Notes: a model not told the origin generated them from the sequence alone. Counted from the first letter of the stretch, positions 36,281-45,826 are shown. The stretch: 45,926 nt of DNA from an uncultured Candidatus Saccharibacteria bacterium (GCA_964625755.1 CAZVBR010000001.1:1-45926); one strand, 5' to 3'. Translations and numbers: made by a program.

Positions 36281-36628
36281 ATGACTGAACATACATTGGA
36301 TGCAAAAGATATATCGTTAGGAAGGTTGGCCAGTCAGGCGGCTGGGTTGTTGCGTGGCAAGGACCGAGTTGATTTTAAGCGACATCAATTGCCGGAAATC
36401 TCGGTACGGATAATAAATGCTAACCAAGTAAAATTAACCGGGGATAAATGGCGACAGAAGGTCTATCGACACCATTCCGGCTATCCCGGCGGTCTAAAAG
36501 AAGAGCAAGCCCTGCATTTAAAAGACAGGCTCGGGGTTTCAGAATTGATCAGGAAATCGGTCTATGGTATGTTGCCGGACAATAGATTAAGAGATAAGGC
36601 GATAAAACGTCTAAAGATCGAAGAATAA
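36281..36628 (+). CDS. rplM: 50S ribosomal protein L13 (compact, 115 aa)
   Basis: ATG 36281 lies immediately after the rplQ stop. LGRLASQAAGLLRGK, YRHHSGYPGGLK, VYGMLPDNRL. Shorter at both termini than E. coli L13 (142 aa). Confidence 0.93.
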   Translation: MTEHTLDAKDISLGRLASQAAGLLRGKDRVDFKRHQLPEISVRIINANQVKLTGDKWRQKVYRHHSGYPGGLKEEQALHLKDRLGVSELIRKSVYGMLPDNRLRDKAIKRLKIEE

Positions 36629-36636
36629 GAAAATAT

Positions 36637-37050
36637 ATGACTACCACTAATAAAAGTAATGAACGTTATACAGAAGCTGTAGGTCGACGAAAGGAAGCCG
36701 TAGCAAGAGTTAGGATCAAGCCCGCCTCGAAAATGAGTTTTCTGGTAAATGACACAAAACTAGATGATTACTTTCCTTCACAGGAACTGATAGAGATCGC
36801 TCGAAAACCCTTTCTGACCTCCGGTTTAAGTGACGCCTTAGAGATAACTGTACAGGTTAGAGGAGGTGGATTTCGAGGGCAAGCGGATGCTGTCAGTTTG
36901 GGGTTAGCCAGGGCTTTGGTGGCCGATGATTCAGAGATGAAACCCAGATTAAAAGAAGAGAAATTGCTAACTCGGGATGCTCGGGTAAAAGAAAGAAAGA
37001 AATTTGGCTTAAAAAAGGCCAGAAAATCTCCTCAGTGGTCCAAGCGCTAA
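36637..37050 (+). CDS. rpsI: 30S ribosomal protein S9
   Basis: 137 aa. GRRKEAVARVRI, GGGFRGQADAVSLGLARAL, C-terminal RKKFGLKKARKSPQWSKR. Confidence 0.96.
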   Translation: MTTTNKSNERYTEAVGRRKEAVARVRIKPASKMSFLVNDTKLDDYFPSQELIEIARKPFLTSGLSDALEITVQVRGGGFRGQADAVSLGLARALVADDSEMKPRLKEEKLLTRDARVKERKKFGLKKARKSPQWSKR

Positions 37051-37092
37051 AACTCTACAAGAGATTCAACTTTCGGGAAGGTTGCGAATCGA

Positions 37093-37121
37093 TTGTCAAA
37101 ATTTCGGAGTGCGGTTATAAT
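37093..37121 (+). promoter_or_regulatory. near-consensus sigma70-like promoter TTGTCA-N17-TATAAT in the rpsI-grpE spacer
   Basis: Hexamers at 37093-37098 and 37116-37121. It would give a ~160-nt leader before grpE. Confidence 0.35.
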
Positions 37122-37251
37122 GAGGCAGCTAAAAGCGAGGGCTACCTCTCTTGTTTTAAGAAATTTGCTCTGGCCTGAGGTCTTAGTTTGACTAACTGGT
37201 TTAAGCTGGAATTAGTAAATTACGGAACCAAATTAGGCGTGGTTTTTATTG

Positions 37252-37280
37252 TTGTAGAAATTTAATAAATATGGTATAAA
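37252..37280 (+). promoter_or_regulatory. promoter-like TTGTAG-N17-(TGg)TATAAA ending 6 nt upstream of the grpE ATG
   Basis: Hexamers at 37252-37257 and 37275-37280, extended TG at 37272-37273. The AT-rich context raises the false-positive risk. Confidence 0.3.
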
Positions 37281-37286
37281 TATATT

Positions 37287-37901
37287 ATGGTAGATAGTTC
37301 CAATGAAGTAAATAATAAAGATCAAGAAAATAAAGCTGATAGTGATCAAAACTTTTCCGAGCAAGAAGAGTCCGAGCAAGAAGAGGACGGTCGGGAAATG
37401 AAAGTTGATCCGGATGAAGATAAAAAAAATCAAAGTGAGTTATTGACCGAATGTCAAAAAGACCGGGACAAGTTCTTGGCGGGCTGGCAGCGGGCTTTGG
37501 CTGATTATCGAAATTTACAAAAAAGCTTAGAGCAAGAAAAAAAACAAGCCAAAAATTCCGGCCGGGAAGAGGTGTTAGAAGAAGTGATCAGATTAGCTGA
37601 CAGTTTTGATATGGCATTTGCCGACGAGGAAGCATGGCGGGCGGTTGATGAAAATTGGCGTCAAGGGGTAGAGCAAATATATGGTCAGTTGCAAGCTGTA
37701 TTTAATTCTTATAATTTACGGAAAATAGTACCTGAAACCGGCGAAGAGTTTGATCCGTCGTGGCATGAGTCAGTTGATGTTGTGCAAATCGATGACAGTT
37801 CACAGGACGGAAAGGTCATAGCCGTTATAAAAAATGGTTACTGCCTGGAGGACAAAGTGATTCGGCCGGCTCAAGTCAGAGTAGGGGTTTTGAATAATTG
37901 A
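37287..37901 (+). CDS. grpE: nucleotide exchange factor GrpE
   Basis: 204 aa. Acidic low-complexity N-terminus, coiled region RALADYRNLQKSLEQE, C-terminal beta domain FDPSWHESV...GYCLEDKVIRPAQVRV. Confidence 0.93.
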   Translation: MVDSSNEVNNKDQENKADSDQNFSEQEESEQEEDGREMKVDPDEDKKNQSELLTECQKDRDKFLAGWQRALADYRNLQKSLEQEKKQAKNSGREEVLEEVIRLADSFDMAFADEEAWRAVDENWRQGVEQIYGQLQAVFNSYNLRKIVPETGEEFDPSWHESVDVVQIDDSSQDGKVIAVIKNGYCLEDKVIRPAQVRVGVLNN

Positions 37902-37931
37902 TAATTAAAAAAATAAGTAGAGTTAAGAAAT

Positions 37932-39890
37932 ATGAGTAAAATAATAGGAATAGATCTGGGAACAACCAATTCGGCGGTAGCATACATTGAAGGGGGTCAA
38001 CCTAAAATAATAGAGAACTCCGAGGGGGCCAGAACCACCCCTTCCACGGTAGCGATCTCTAAAGGAAATGAAAGATTAGTTGGCTTGTTGGCCAAACGGC
38101 AAGCTATCACTAATCCCCGGAACACCGTGACCGGGATCAAGCGTTTTATGGGTCATAAATATGATGATAAAGCGGTGCAACGGGATAAGAATAATGTGTC
38201 ATTTGAGATCAGTAAAGCTGATGACGATAGCGTAAAGGTGAAAATGGGTGACAAGGATCATCGGCCGGAAGAGATCTCAGCTATGATCTTGCAAAAATTA
38301 AAGGCAGATGCTGAAGCTCAAATAGGTGGCAAGGTAACGGAAGCGGTGATCACTGTTCCGGCTTACTTTGATGATTCTCAAAGAAAAGCGACCAAAGATG
38401 CCGGGGAGATCGCCGGTTTTAATGTTCGCCGGATCATTAATGAGCCAACTGCGGCCGCTTTAGCCTATGGTCTGGGTAAGAACAAGAATGAGCAAGTTGT
38501 GGTTTATGATTTCGGGGGCGGAACATTTGACGTTTCGATCTTGGAGATCGGAAGTGGTGAAGAAGGGGAAAGTATCGAGGTCAAAGCTTCCGACGGAAAC
38601 TCTCATATGGGGGGTGAGGATATCGATCAAAAGATAATTGAATGGATCGGGCAGGAGTATAAGAAGGAATCCGGAATTGATGTGACGAAAGATGAATTAG
38701 CCTTGCAACGATTAAAGGAAGCAGCTGAAAAAGCCAAACACGAGTTGTCGAATGTCTCGGAAAGCGAGATCAATATCCCGTTTATCACTTCAGATGAGTC
38801 AGGTCCCAAGCACTTGTTGCTCAAATTAACCCGAGCCAAGTTAGAGGAATTGGCCGAGGAGTATATTGATCAGTCGATCGAGATAACAAAAAATGCCGTC
38901 AAAGCTTCTGGTTATGATATTTCAGATATCGATGAGGTGATCTTGGTCGGTGGCCAAACCAGGATGCCGATAATTCAAAATCGAGTAAAAGAGCTTTTTG
39001 GCAAGGAGCCGAATCGAACCATTAACCCCGATGAGGTTGTTGCGATCGGAGCGGCAGTTCAAGGCGGGATTTTTGAGGGGGAAATGAAAGATGTGTTGCT
39101 TCTTGACGTTACTCCTTTGTCTTTGGGGATAGAAACCTTAGGCGGTGTGGCAACTAAAGTAATAGAAAAAAATACCACCATTCCGGCCTCTCGGGCTCAG
39201 ACTTTTTCCACCGCGGCCGATAATCAGACCTCGGTTGAGATCCATATTGTCCAAGGGGAAAGGGAGATGGCGGCTGATAATAAGTCCTTGGGCAGATTCA
39301 TTTTAGACGGGATCCCGCCGGCACCTCGGGGTGTGCCTCAGGTTGAGGTCACTTTCGATATTGATGCCAACGGTATTTTGTCGGTGAAAGCCAAAGAAAA
39401 GGCAAGCGGCAAAGAGCAGTCTATCAGAATAGAAGCTCAGTCCAGTTTATCAAAGGAGGATGTCGAGAAGATGAAACAAGAGGCCGAAGCTCATGCTGAA
39501 GAGGATAAAAAGAAACGGGAGTTGATCGATCTTAGAAATACCGCCGATCAAATGATCTACACGGCTCAAAAGTCGATCAAAGACGCCGGAGATAAAGTTA
39601 CCCCGGAGGTCAAGCAAGAGGTTGAGGAAAAGATCAAGGCCCTGGAGGATGTTAAGGATAAAGAAGATCAAGATCAGATCAAAAAAGCCACTGAGGAGCT
39701 TTCCGGGGCCATGCAGAAGATCGGTCAAGCCATGGCTGATTCAGCCGAGTCAACCGAAAGTTCAAGTGAGGAAGATAAAGCTCAGGCCGAACAAACCGAA
39801 GAAAAAGTAAGAGACGCTGATTATCAGGAGGGAAATGACCAAAATCAGGAAGGGACTGGTCAGTCTGATGAGGAGACTGAAGAAAAGTAA
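37932..39890 (+). CDS. dnaK: molecular chaperone DnaK (Hsp70)
   Basis: 652 aa. [31 protein letters not shown], acidic C-terminal tail. Confidence 0.98.
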   Translation: MSKIIGIDLGTTNSAVAYIEGGQPKIIENSEGARTTPSTVAISKGNERLVGLLAKRQAITNPRNTVTGIKRFMGHKYDDKAVQRDKNNVSFEISKADDDSVKVKMGDKDHRPEEISAMILQKLKADAEAQIGGKVTEAVITVPAYFDDSQRKATKDAGEIAGFNVRRIINEPTAAALAYGLGKNKNEQVVVYDFGGGTFDVSILEIGSGEEGESIEVKASDGNSHMGGEDIDQKIIEWIGQEYKKESGIDVTKDELALQRLKEAAEKAKHELSNVSESEINIPFITSDESGPKHLLLKLTRAKLEELAEEYIDQSIEITKNAVKASGYDISDIDEVILVGGQTRMPIIQNRVKELFGKEPNRTINPDEVVAIGAAVQGGIFEGEMKDVLLLDVTPLSLGIETLGGVATKVIEKNTTIPASRAQTFSTAADNQTSVEIHIVQGEREMAADNKSLGRFILDGIPPAPRGVPQVEVTFDIDANGILSVKAKEKASGKEQSIRIEAQSSLSKEDVEKMKQEAEAHAEEDKKKRELIDLRNTADQMIYTAQKSIKDAGDKVTPEVKQEVEEKIKALEDVKDKEDQDQIKKATEELSGAMQKIGQAMADSAESTESSSEEDKAQAEQTEEKVRDADYQEGNDQNQEGTGQSDEETEEK

Positions 39891-39921
39891 GTATAATTAA
39901 ACAATATAGCTACTACTAATT

Positions 39922-41007
39922 ATGGCTAAAGATTATTATCAGATCCTGGGGGTAGATAAAAAGGCTTCGAAGGATGAGATAAAAAAAGCCTTTCGTAAAT
40001 TGGCCCATAAATATCACCCTGACAAAAAAGGCGGTGACGAGGCTAAGTTCAAGGAAGTGAATGAAGCTTACGGAGTTCTGTCTGATGATCAGAAAAGATC
40101 AGAATATGATATGTATGGCAATGTCTTCTCCGGTCAACAGGGCTCCGGGGGAGGTCAAGGATTCGGGGGATTTGATCCATCCGGCTGGCAATCCGCCGGA
40201 GCGGGGATGGATTTCGATCTCGGGGATCTGTTCAATGAATTTTTTAGCGGTGCCGCCGGTCGGGAGAGAGGGGGGCGCCGAGTGAAAAGGGGTCGTGATA
40301 TTTCGGTTGATATTCAGATCTCTTTTGAGGAATCGGTTTTTGGAGTTGAACGGAAGCTAAGACTCAATAAGGTTAGCGCCTGCGATGAGTGCCAGGGTTC
40401 AGGGGCGGCTCCTGACAGTAAAATGATAAAATGTGAGACTTGTGGCGGCCAAGGGCAGGTTAGGGAAACTAGGCGTTCATTTATCGGTTCTTTTAGTACT
40501 ATTCGAGAGTGTTCAGCTTGCCTGGGTAAGGGTGAGACTCCGGAAAAAAGATGCCAAACTTGTCATGGCAATGGTGTTCGAAAAAAAGATGAAGAGATAA
40601 AAATATCAGTCCCGGCCGGGATTCAGGATGGTGAAATGATCCGAATGTCCGGTCAAGGTGAAGGGGTGCCTGGTGGAGTGGCCGGCGACCTCTACATTAA
40701 AGTACATGTCGAAAAACACCCGGTATTTCGTCGTCAAGGGTCTAATTTGGCCATGGATCTGGATATTAAACTATCCGACGCCCTTTTGGGTGCCGAGTAT
40801 ACTGTTGCTACTTTAGACGGTGATATCAAGGTTAAGATACCGCCACAAATTGATTTTGGGGAAATATTACGGGTTAAGGGTAAAGGAGTTCCGATAGAAG
40901 GAAAAAGTCGCGGCGATCTTCTGATAAAGGTGGTGATTAATATGCCTAAGAAATTATCGAAAAAAGCTAAGAAATTAATAGAAGATCTAAAGCAGGAAGG
41001 GTTGTAG
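39922..41007 (+). CDS. dnaJ: molecular chaperone DnaJ
   Basis: 361 aa. J domain with HPD (YHPDKK), Gly-rich region, four CxxCxGxG-type zinc repeats ([32 protein letters not shown]). Confidence 0.97.
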   Translation: MAKDYYQILGVDKKASKDEIKKAFRKLAHKYHPDKKGGDEAKFKEVNEAYGVLSDDQKRSEYDMYGNVFSGQQGSGGGQGFGGFDPSGWQSAGAGMDFDLGDLFNEFFSGAAGRERGGRRVKRGRDISVDIQISFEESVFGVERKLRLNKVSACDECQGSGAAPDSKMIKCETCGGQGQVRETRRSFIGSFSTIRECSACLGKGETPEKRCQTCHGNGVRKKDEEIKISVPAGIQDGEMIRMSGQGEGVPGGVAGDLYIKVHVEKHPVFRRQGSNLAMDLDIKLSDALLGAEYTVATLDGDIKVKIPPQIDFGEILRVKGKGVPIEGKSRGDLLIKVVINMPKKLSKKAKKLIEDLKQEGL

Positions 41008-41041
41008 ATTATGACCCTGAAGTAATGTTGCTTTAAAGATG

Positions 41042-41078
41042 AAAAACCCTCTTGATGTGATCAAGAGGGTTTTTCTTT
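41042..41078 (+). terminator. Rho-independent terminator after dnaJ
   Basis: 15-bp perfect stem aaaaaccctcttgat / atcaagagggttttt (41042-41056 pairs with 41060-41074), 3-nt loop gtg, trailing cttt. The A-tract/T-tract symmetry could allow bidirectional function. Confidence 0.8.
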
Positions 41079-41142
41079 GCTTGTTGATTCGGGTCTAACG
41101 TGAGATAATCGAGTTGTTCAAGGTGTTTAATTCCGGCCTGGA

Positions 41143-41151
41143 TGATATAAT
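41143..41151 (+). promoter_or_regulatory. extended -10 promoter-like element TGaTATAAT upstream of the PlsC-like gene
   Basis: gatgatataat at 41141-41151. GTG 41169 is 17 nt downstream and ATG 41214 is 62 nt downstream. Confidence 0.35.
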
Positions 41152-41213
41152 TTTAGAACTCGTTTGAGGTGTTAAAATTTGGACTTGGAGTAAATTATTT
41201 AAATATAATAACA

Positions 41214-41924
41214 ATGAAAGATCGCTTTAATGGTATATGGTTTAAGATTGTAGTTTTTTGGTTTAATATTGTCTGGATTCTGGCTTATGTATTATGTCGG
41301 GCGGTATTTCGGACCTTGGGAAGGGTGGAGGTAGAATTTAAAAATAAATCGAACATTTCTTCTTGGCGGGCTCCCATGATCATAGTGTCTAATCATAAAG
41401 GGGTAATGGATTCCTGGATAATTTTTCAGGCTCTGCCTTTTTGGGTTTTTTATCGCTTATTGCCGGTTTGTCCTTACGCGGCTAAAAAATCCTCTTCCAG
41501 TAATAAAATATGTTGTTGGTTGGATAGAATCGGTTTGATCGACCTGGTTTATTTTATTTTTAACGTAGTAAAGATTGATCATCATTTGGCCTTTGACAAG
41601 AAGATCGCTCCTTTAGTCCGGGCTCTTAAGGACGGGCAGAGTATTTTTATGTTTCCTGAAGGGCGATTGAATTATGATTTTTTTGATATCGGGCTATTTA
41701 AAAAGGGGATGGTGGAATTACACCGCCAAACTACGGTTCCTATTTTACCTTGTGCTATTAAATACTATCGGCGAGGGTCGATCGGTTGGCGGATATCAGT
41801 TAGATTTGGTGAGCCGTTTCGTATCCCTGAGGAGATCATGGCCAAGGATGACCCGAAGATGATATATCTTCAAGGAACGTCTTTAGTCAGGAAAAAAATC
41901 AAACAGTTATATTATGATCATTGA
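41214..41924 (+). CDS. lysophospholipid/1-acylglycerol-3-phosphate O-acyltransferase family protein (PlsC-like)
   Basis: HX4D motif VSNHKGVMD, FMFPEGRLN, VPILPCAIKY, N-terminal TM helix. The start could be GTG 41169 or ATG 41214. Confidence 0.82.
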   Translation: MKDRFNGIWFKIVVFWFNIVWILAYVLCRAVFRTLGRVEVEFKNKSNISSWRAPMIIVSNHKGVMDSWIIFQALPFWVFYRLLPVCPYAAKKSSSSNKICCWLDRIGLIDLVYFIFNVVKIDHHLAFDKKIAPLVRALKDGQSIFMFPEGRLNYDFFDIGLFKKGMVELHRQTTVPILPCAIKYYRRGSIGWRISVRFGEPFRIPEEIMAKDDPKMIYLQGTSLVRKKIKQLYYDH

Positions 41925-42058
41925 TCTTCAGGGAATCGTATTTCGTGATCTGGGACAAATAAAAAAGCAACTTGTGTTTTTCCGAGTTGGGATAATTGGC
42001 CAATGGTGTTATTATGGAGGTCTGTTGGAAGTTAATTTTGCGATGACTTGATCGATTA

Positions 42059-42715
42059 ATGATAAAAAAGACATTTTTAACTTATTATTTTAAATATCTT
42101 TTTAAGTATCAGGGAGATGATCTTAGATTTAAGGTGGTTGAAACACAAAAGGAGAGAAAACCGGCCTTTGATGTAAGGGGTCGGGTTTACGGCCAGGAAG
42201 AAGGTTTTTTTGTTCAGAGCCCAAATAATAATATTTTGTGTGAAGATGAATTTGATAGATATTCTGTTTTGGGGCTGGCTTATCACGGATCGTTACCTAT
42301 TGGTAGCGCTCGTTTGATTCTTGATTCTGGGCTAGGGCCACAAATCGAGAATTATTTTAATATTGATCCGATAGAGCATAGGGTGCGGCCTTTTGCGGGA
42401 GAAATCTCGAGATTCGGTGTTTTAAAAAACTATCGAGGAAAAATTTATAGACGTTTACCGTCGGTGGGTCTGTTGAGGCTTTTGTACTGTGAATCCGAGA
42501 GATTGGGTCTTGAGTATTGGTATATGTCTATGGGTCAAAAATTGCATAACTCTTTCCGTGAAATGGATTGTTTTTTTCGGGAGTTGAGGCAGTATGAATT
42601 AACCGATAAGCAAAAAGAAAAAAGGGCTTTGTTGGGAAATTACTGGAAAAAAGTCGATGCCAAACCTTATTATATTCCCTTGAAAGAAATTAGTTGGATT
42701 AAAAAAATAGTTTAA
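42059..42715 (+). CDS. GNAT-fold N-acyltransferase, N-acyl amino acid synthase / OlsB-like (Acetyltransf_5-type)
   Basis: 218 aa. Pattern FKVVETQKERKPAFDVRGRVYGQEEGF...EDEFDRYSVLGLAYHGSLPIGSARLIL...AGEISRFGVLKNYRG matches the layout I recall for PF13444-type enzymes (R.A.t.eE...LRy.VF..E.g...D.fD....HLlv....vGt.RL...E.sR..V...yR). Confidence 0.55.
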   Translation: MIKKTFLTYYFKYLFKYQGDDLRFKVVETQKERKPAFDVRGRVYGQEEGFFVQSPNNNILCEDEFDRYSVLGLAYHGSLPIGSARLILDSGLGPQIENYFNIDPIEHRVRPFAGEISRFGVLKNYRGKIYRRLPSVGLLRLLYCESERLGLEYWYMSMGQKLHNSFREMDCFFRELRQYELTDKQKEKRALLGNYWKKVDAKPYYIPLKEISWIKKIV

Positions 42716-42722
42716 TTTAAGT

Positions 42723-44312
42723 ATGATGGATCTAGTATCGGCTTTTTTGTTACTGACGTCTTTGGCTTCATTTTTGCTTGGTTTTTTGGTTTTATTTGAA
42801 AACAGAAATTCTTATCTGAATAAATTATTTTTCTTACTTACGGTTTCGGCTGGAATATGGTCTTTAGGCTTATTTATTATTCACGGCCCGGTTATGCTCC
42901 CGGAAAGTGAAATGTTGGGCGCCAGGATGGCTTTTGTAGGGGCATCTTTACTGCCGGTTTGTTTTTTGTTTTTAACGCTGGTTTTCCCGTCGGTCAACAA
43001 AAAGCCTCATCCTTTGGTGAACGGGGTGTTGACGTTACTGGGTTTATTTTTTGTTTATCTGTCCGTTGGGACGGATCTGATAGTTAATGAAATAGTCAAA
43101 ACTTCACTTTTAGGGGTAGAAGTGGTTTACGGGTCATTTTACTATTTTTTCGGGGCATTTTTTCTCGGAGGAATGATCGGCGGTTTTTCTATTTTGTTGA
43201 GGAAGTATTTTGAGGCCTCCGGGGTTGAGAAAAAGCAGTTGAAATGGTTTTTGATAGGATCGGTTTTGGCCTTCACCGGAGGAGTCGTAACTAATTTATT
43301 TATTCCGTTAGTGATCCAAGAAACTCCTTTTTCGGCCTTAGGAGGGTTATTTTTATTGTTTCTAATATTTCCGGTATTTTACTCGATCACGAAATACGGC
43401 TTGTTTAATGTCAAAGTTATAACAACTGAATTGTTGGTTTTTATTCTTTGGTTTGTTTTATTGTTAAGAATGGTGATCTCAGAAGATATTGAAGATATTC
43501 TTTTGTCTGGTTTGTTATTTTTGGCGGTATTTGTGATCGGAGTTTTTCTGATAAAAAGTGTGATCAAAGAGGTTTATCATCGGGAAAAGATAGAAAAACT
43601 AGCTCGTCAATTAGAGGCTTCCAATCAGCAACAAGAAAATCTTATTCGTTTTATTACCCATCAGGTTAAAGGGGCTTTAACTAAGACCAGAAATGTTTTT
43701 TCTATGATCTTAGAGGGTAGTTACGGGGAGATTTCTGATGATATAAAATATGTTGCAAAAGAGAGCTTTCGCGCCGATACGGAAACAGTGTCCATGATCG
43801 AGAATATTCTTCAAGCTGCGAATTTTAAAAACGGCACGATCGAGTTTTTTAAAGAGGAGGTGGATATGAAAGATCTTGTCCAGGGGGTGGTTAATGATTC
43901 CAAGAGAATAGCCGAAGGTAAGGGTTTGGATTTTCATTTTAAAACAGATCCGGGGAAAGATCATACCGTAATCGGAGATAAGGAGAAATTAAAACACGCT
44001 GTAAATAATATAATTGATAATGCCATAAAATATACTTCGGAGGGGTCGGTGGAGATGTCGGTCGGGGTTACGGGAGACGAAGTGGCTTTTACGGTGACCG
44101 ATACCGGAGTAGGAATATCTCAAAGTGACAAAAAAAGATTGTTTACCGTAGGTGGCCACGGAAAAAGATCTCAGAATATAAACGTTGATTCCACCGGTTA
44201 CGGATTATATATTACCAAAGCTATTGTTGAGGGGCATAATGGTCGGATTGAGGTTGATTCGGCCGGGGAGGGTAAGGGGTCGAGGTTTGTTATGTTCATA
44301 CCTAAAAAATGA
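42723..44312 (+). CDS. membrane sensor histidine kinase (multi-TM sensor, no adjacent regulator)
   Basis: 529 aa. About 7-8 TM helices, H-box FITHQVKGAL, HATPase boxes IIDNAIKYT, DTGVGIS, STGYGLYI. Confidence 0.88.
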   Translation: MMDLVSAFLLLTSLASFLLGFLVLFENRNSYLNKLFFLLTVSAGIWSLGLFIIHGPVMLPESEMLGARMAFVGASLLPVCFLFLTLVFPSVNKKPHPLVNGVLTLLGLFFVYLSVGTDLIVNEIVKTSLLGVEVVYGSFYYFFGAFFLGGMIGGFSILLRKYFEASGVEKKQLKWFLIGSVLAFTGGVVTNLFIPLVIQETPFSALGGLFLLFLIFPVFYSITKYGLFNVKVITTELLVFILWFVLLLRMVISEDIEDILLSGLLFLAVFVIGVFLIKSVIKEVYHREKIEKLARQLEASNQQQENLIRFITHQVKGALTKTRNVFSMILEGSYGEISDDIKYVAKESFRADTETVSMIENILQAANFKNGTIEFFKEEVDMKDLVQGVVNDSKRIAEGKGLDFHFKTDPGKDHTVIGDKEKLKHAVNNIIDNAIKYTSEGSVEMSVGVTGDEVAFTVTDTGVGISQSDKKRLFTVGGHGKRSQNINVDSTGYGLYITKAIVEGHNGRIEVDSAGEGKGSRFVMFIPKK

Positions 44313-44357
44313 ATGAAAAAGATTTAAGTCTGAAGGGTAATTAGGTGTGATAATTAA

Positions 44358-45332
44358 ATGTTAAAAAATATGTTTCAGCCCAGATCGATCTTAGTAACCG
44401 GTTGCGCCGGATTTATCGGAGGAAATTTCATAACCAAATTCAAAGAAGATTTTCCGGAGACGGAAATCATCGGAGTAGATGATCTGTCGGGCGATTCCGG
44501 CATGCCGGTTGAACCTGGTTTTAGGTTTTATCAAAAATCGATACTGGACTCGGAGGCGATGGCCGGTATGTTTTTAAAACACAAACCCGAATTTGTATTT
44601 CATTTTGCAGCTTGGCCCAGGGTTTCTTACTCGATCAAAGAGCCGGTTCAGGCGGCTGAAAATAATATTCTCGGGACAATTAATTTATTGGATCTGGCCG
44701 CAAAAAATAAGGTTAGAAGATTTATTTTTTCTTCTTCGGCCGCTGTTTACGGGAACGCTACTAGAATTCCACTCAAAGAAGCGGATAACTGTCCGGAACC
44801 TCTGTCTCCTTATGCTGTTCATAAACTTACCGGGGAACATTCTTGCAAGGTGGCCAGTAATTTGTTCGGGTTAGATACTGTCAGTTTGAGGTATTTTAAT
44901 GTCTTCGGGCCCGGGCAGTATGGTTCTGCTCCGTATTCTACGGTGATATCGGCTTGGCTTGAAGCACTGTACTTTCCGACTCAAAAACAGGCTTTTGTAG
45001 AGGGGGACGGAACTCAAACTCGGGATTTTTGTTTTGTGGAGGATGTGGTCAGGGCGAATATTTTAGCCATGTTGGCAGAGAGTGATTTTGGGGGTCAAGC
45101 GATCAATGTGGCAAGCGGGCAACAGGTCACGATCAAGGAGGTTGGGGAATTGATCGAAACGAAAACTAACAGGAGATTAAAATTGAAAAAATTCCCGGCG
45201 CGCGAAGGGGACGTAAAAAAAAGCCAGGCGGACATTGCCAGAGCAAGAGAAAAGCTCGGTTATGAGCCGGTGTGTGATCTTAGTTTCGGTTTGGATCGCA
45301 CCGTGGAGTGGTTTTCAAAGAGGCCCGAGTAG
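44358..45332 (+). CDS. NAD-dependent epimerase/dehydratase (extended SDR, UDP-sugar 4-epimerase-like)
   Basis: 324 aa. Rossmann motif ILVTGCAGFIGGNF, catalytic SSSAAVYG and YAVHKLTGE (YxxxK). An alternative start lies at ATG 44370. Confidence 0.88.
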   Translation: MLKNMFQPRSILVTGCAGFIGGNFITKFKEDFPETEIIGVDDLSGDSGMPVEPGFRFYQKSILDSEAMAGMFLKHKPEFVFHFAAWPRVSYSIKEPVQAAENNILGTINLLDLAAKNKVRRFIFSSSAAVYGNATRIPLKEADNCPEPLSPYAVHKLTGEHSCKVASNLFGLDTVSLRYFNVFGPGQYGSAPYSTVISAWLEALYFPTQKQAFVEGDGTQTRDFCFVEDVVRANILAMLAESDFGGQAINVASGQQVTIKEVGELIETKTNRRLKLKKFPAREGDVKKSQADIARAREKLGYEPVCDLSFGLDRTVEWFSKRPE

Positions 45333-45337
45333 ATAAA

Positions 45338-45826
45338 TTAACACTCGACACAGATTTTTTTGTCACTGTTGACCCAAGATATGATCCCGTCTTTTAATTC
45401 GAAAATGTTTGAAAAACCCATTTCTGACATAACGGCCATGGCCTCTTGTGATCTTTTTCCGCTTCGGCAATACAGACCGTATATTCCATCTCGGTCCATG
45501 GGGTTTAATTGTTCTTTAAAATTAGGGGAATAAATATCTAAATTTTTGGCTTTTTGTAGGTGGCCGGTGGCGAATTCTTCCGGAGTCCGAACATCGATAA
45601 TTTTGACCGCTTTTTCCCGGTCTATTTTTTCGGCAAATTCCGAAGGCAGGAGTGACGGGGGGCCGTTGTATTTTTCGGGGTTTCGATCTTTAGTTTGATA
45701 TTGAGCGGTTTGAAACTCGGGGCGGGTTTGCTCCGGAGAAAATTCTTGAGTTGCGACCACAGACCCGATTCCGATCAGTAGTAGGACTGCGAAGGTGGTG
45801 GAAATGATTTTTTGGGTCTTTGACAT
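45338..45826 (-). CDS. rhodanese-domain sulfurtransferase with N-terminal signal/anchor
   Basis: 162 aa. TM/signal segment TTFAVLLLIGIGSVVA, active-site loop CRSGKRS, IIDVRTPEEFATGHL. Convergent with the epimerase gene across a 5-nt gap. Confidence 0.85.
   Translation of the reverse strand: MSKTQKIISTTFAVLLLIGIGSVVATQEFSPEQTRPEFQTAQYQTKDRNPEKYNGPPSLLPSEFAEKIDREKAVKIIDVRTPEEFATGHLQKAKNLDIYSPNFKEQLNPMDRDGIYGLYCRSGKRSQEAMAVMSEMGFSNIFELKDGIISWVNSDKKICVEC

Noticed and set aside
37051-37286. CIRCE/HrcA or CtsR operator, or a small RNA, in the rpsI-grpE spacer
   Set aside because: No TTAGCACTC-N9-GAGTGCTAA-like repeat and no tandem GGTCAAA boxes are present. Only a 5-bp-arm palindrome was seen, plus a 7/8-bp hairpin (37122-37148 with T-rich tail) that begins immediately after the putative -10. 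That hairpin is more simply a weak terminator for the ribosomal operon. Evidence is insufficient to call an ncRNA.
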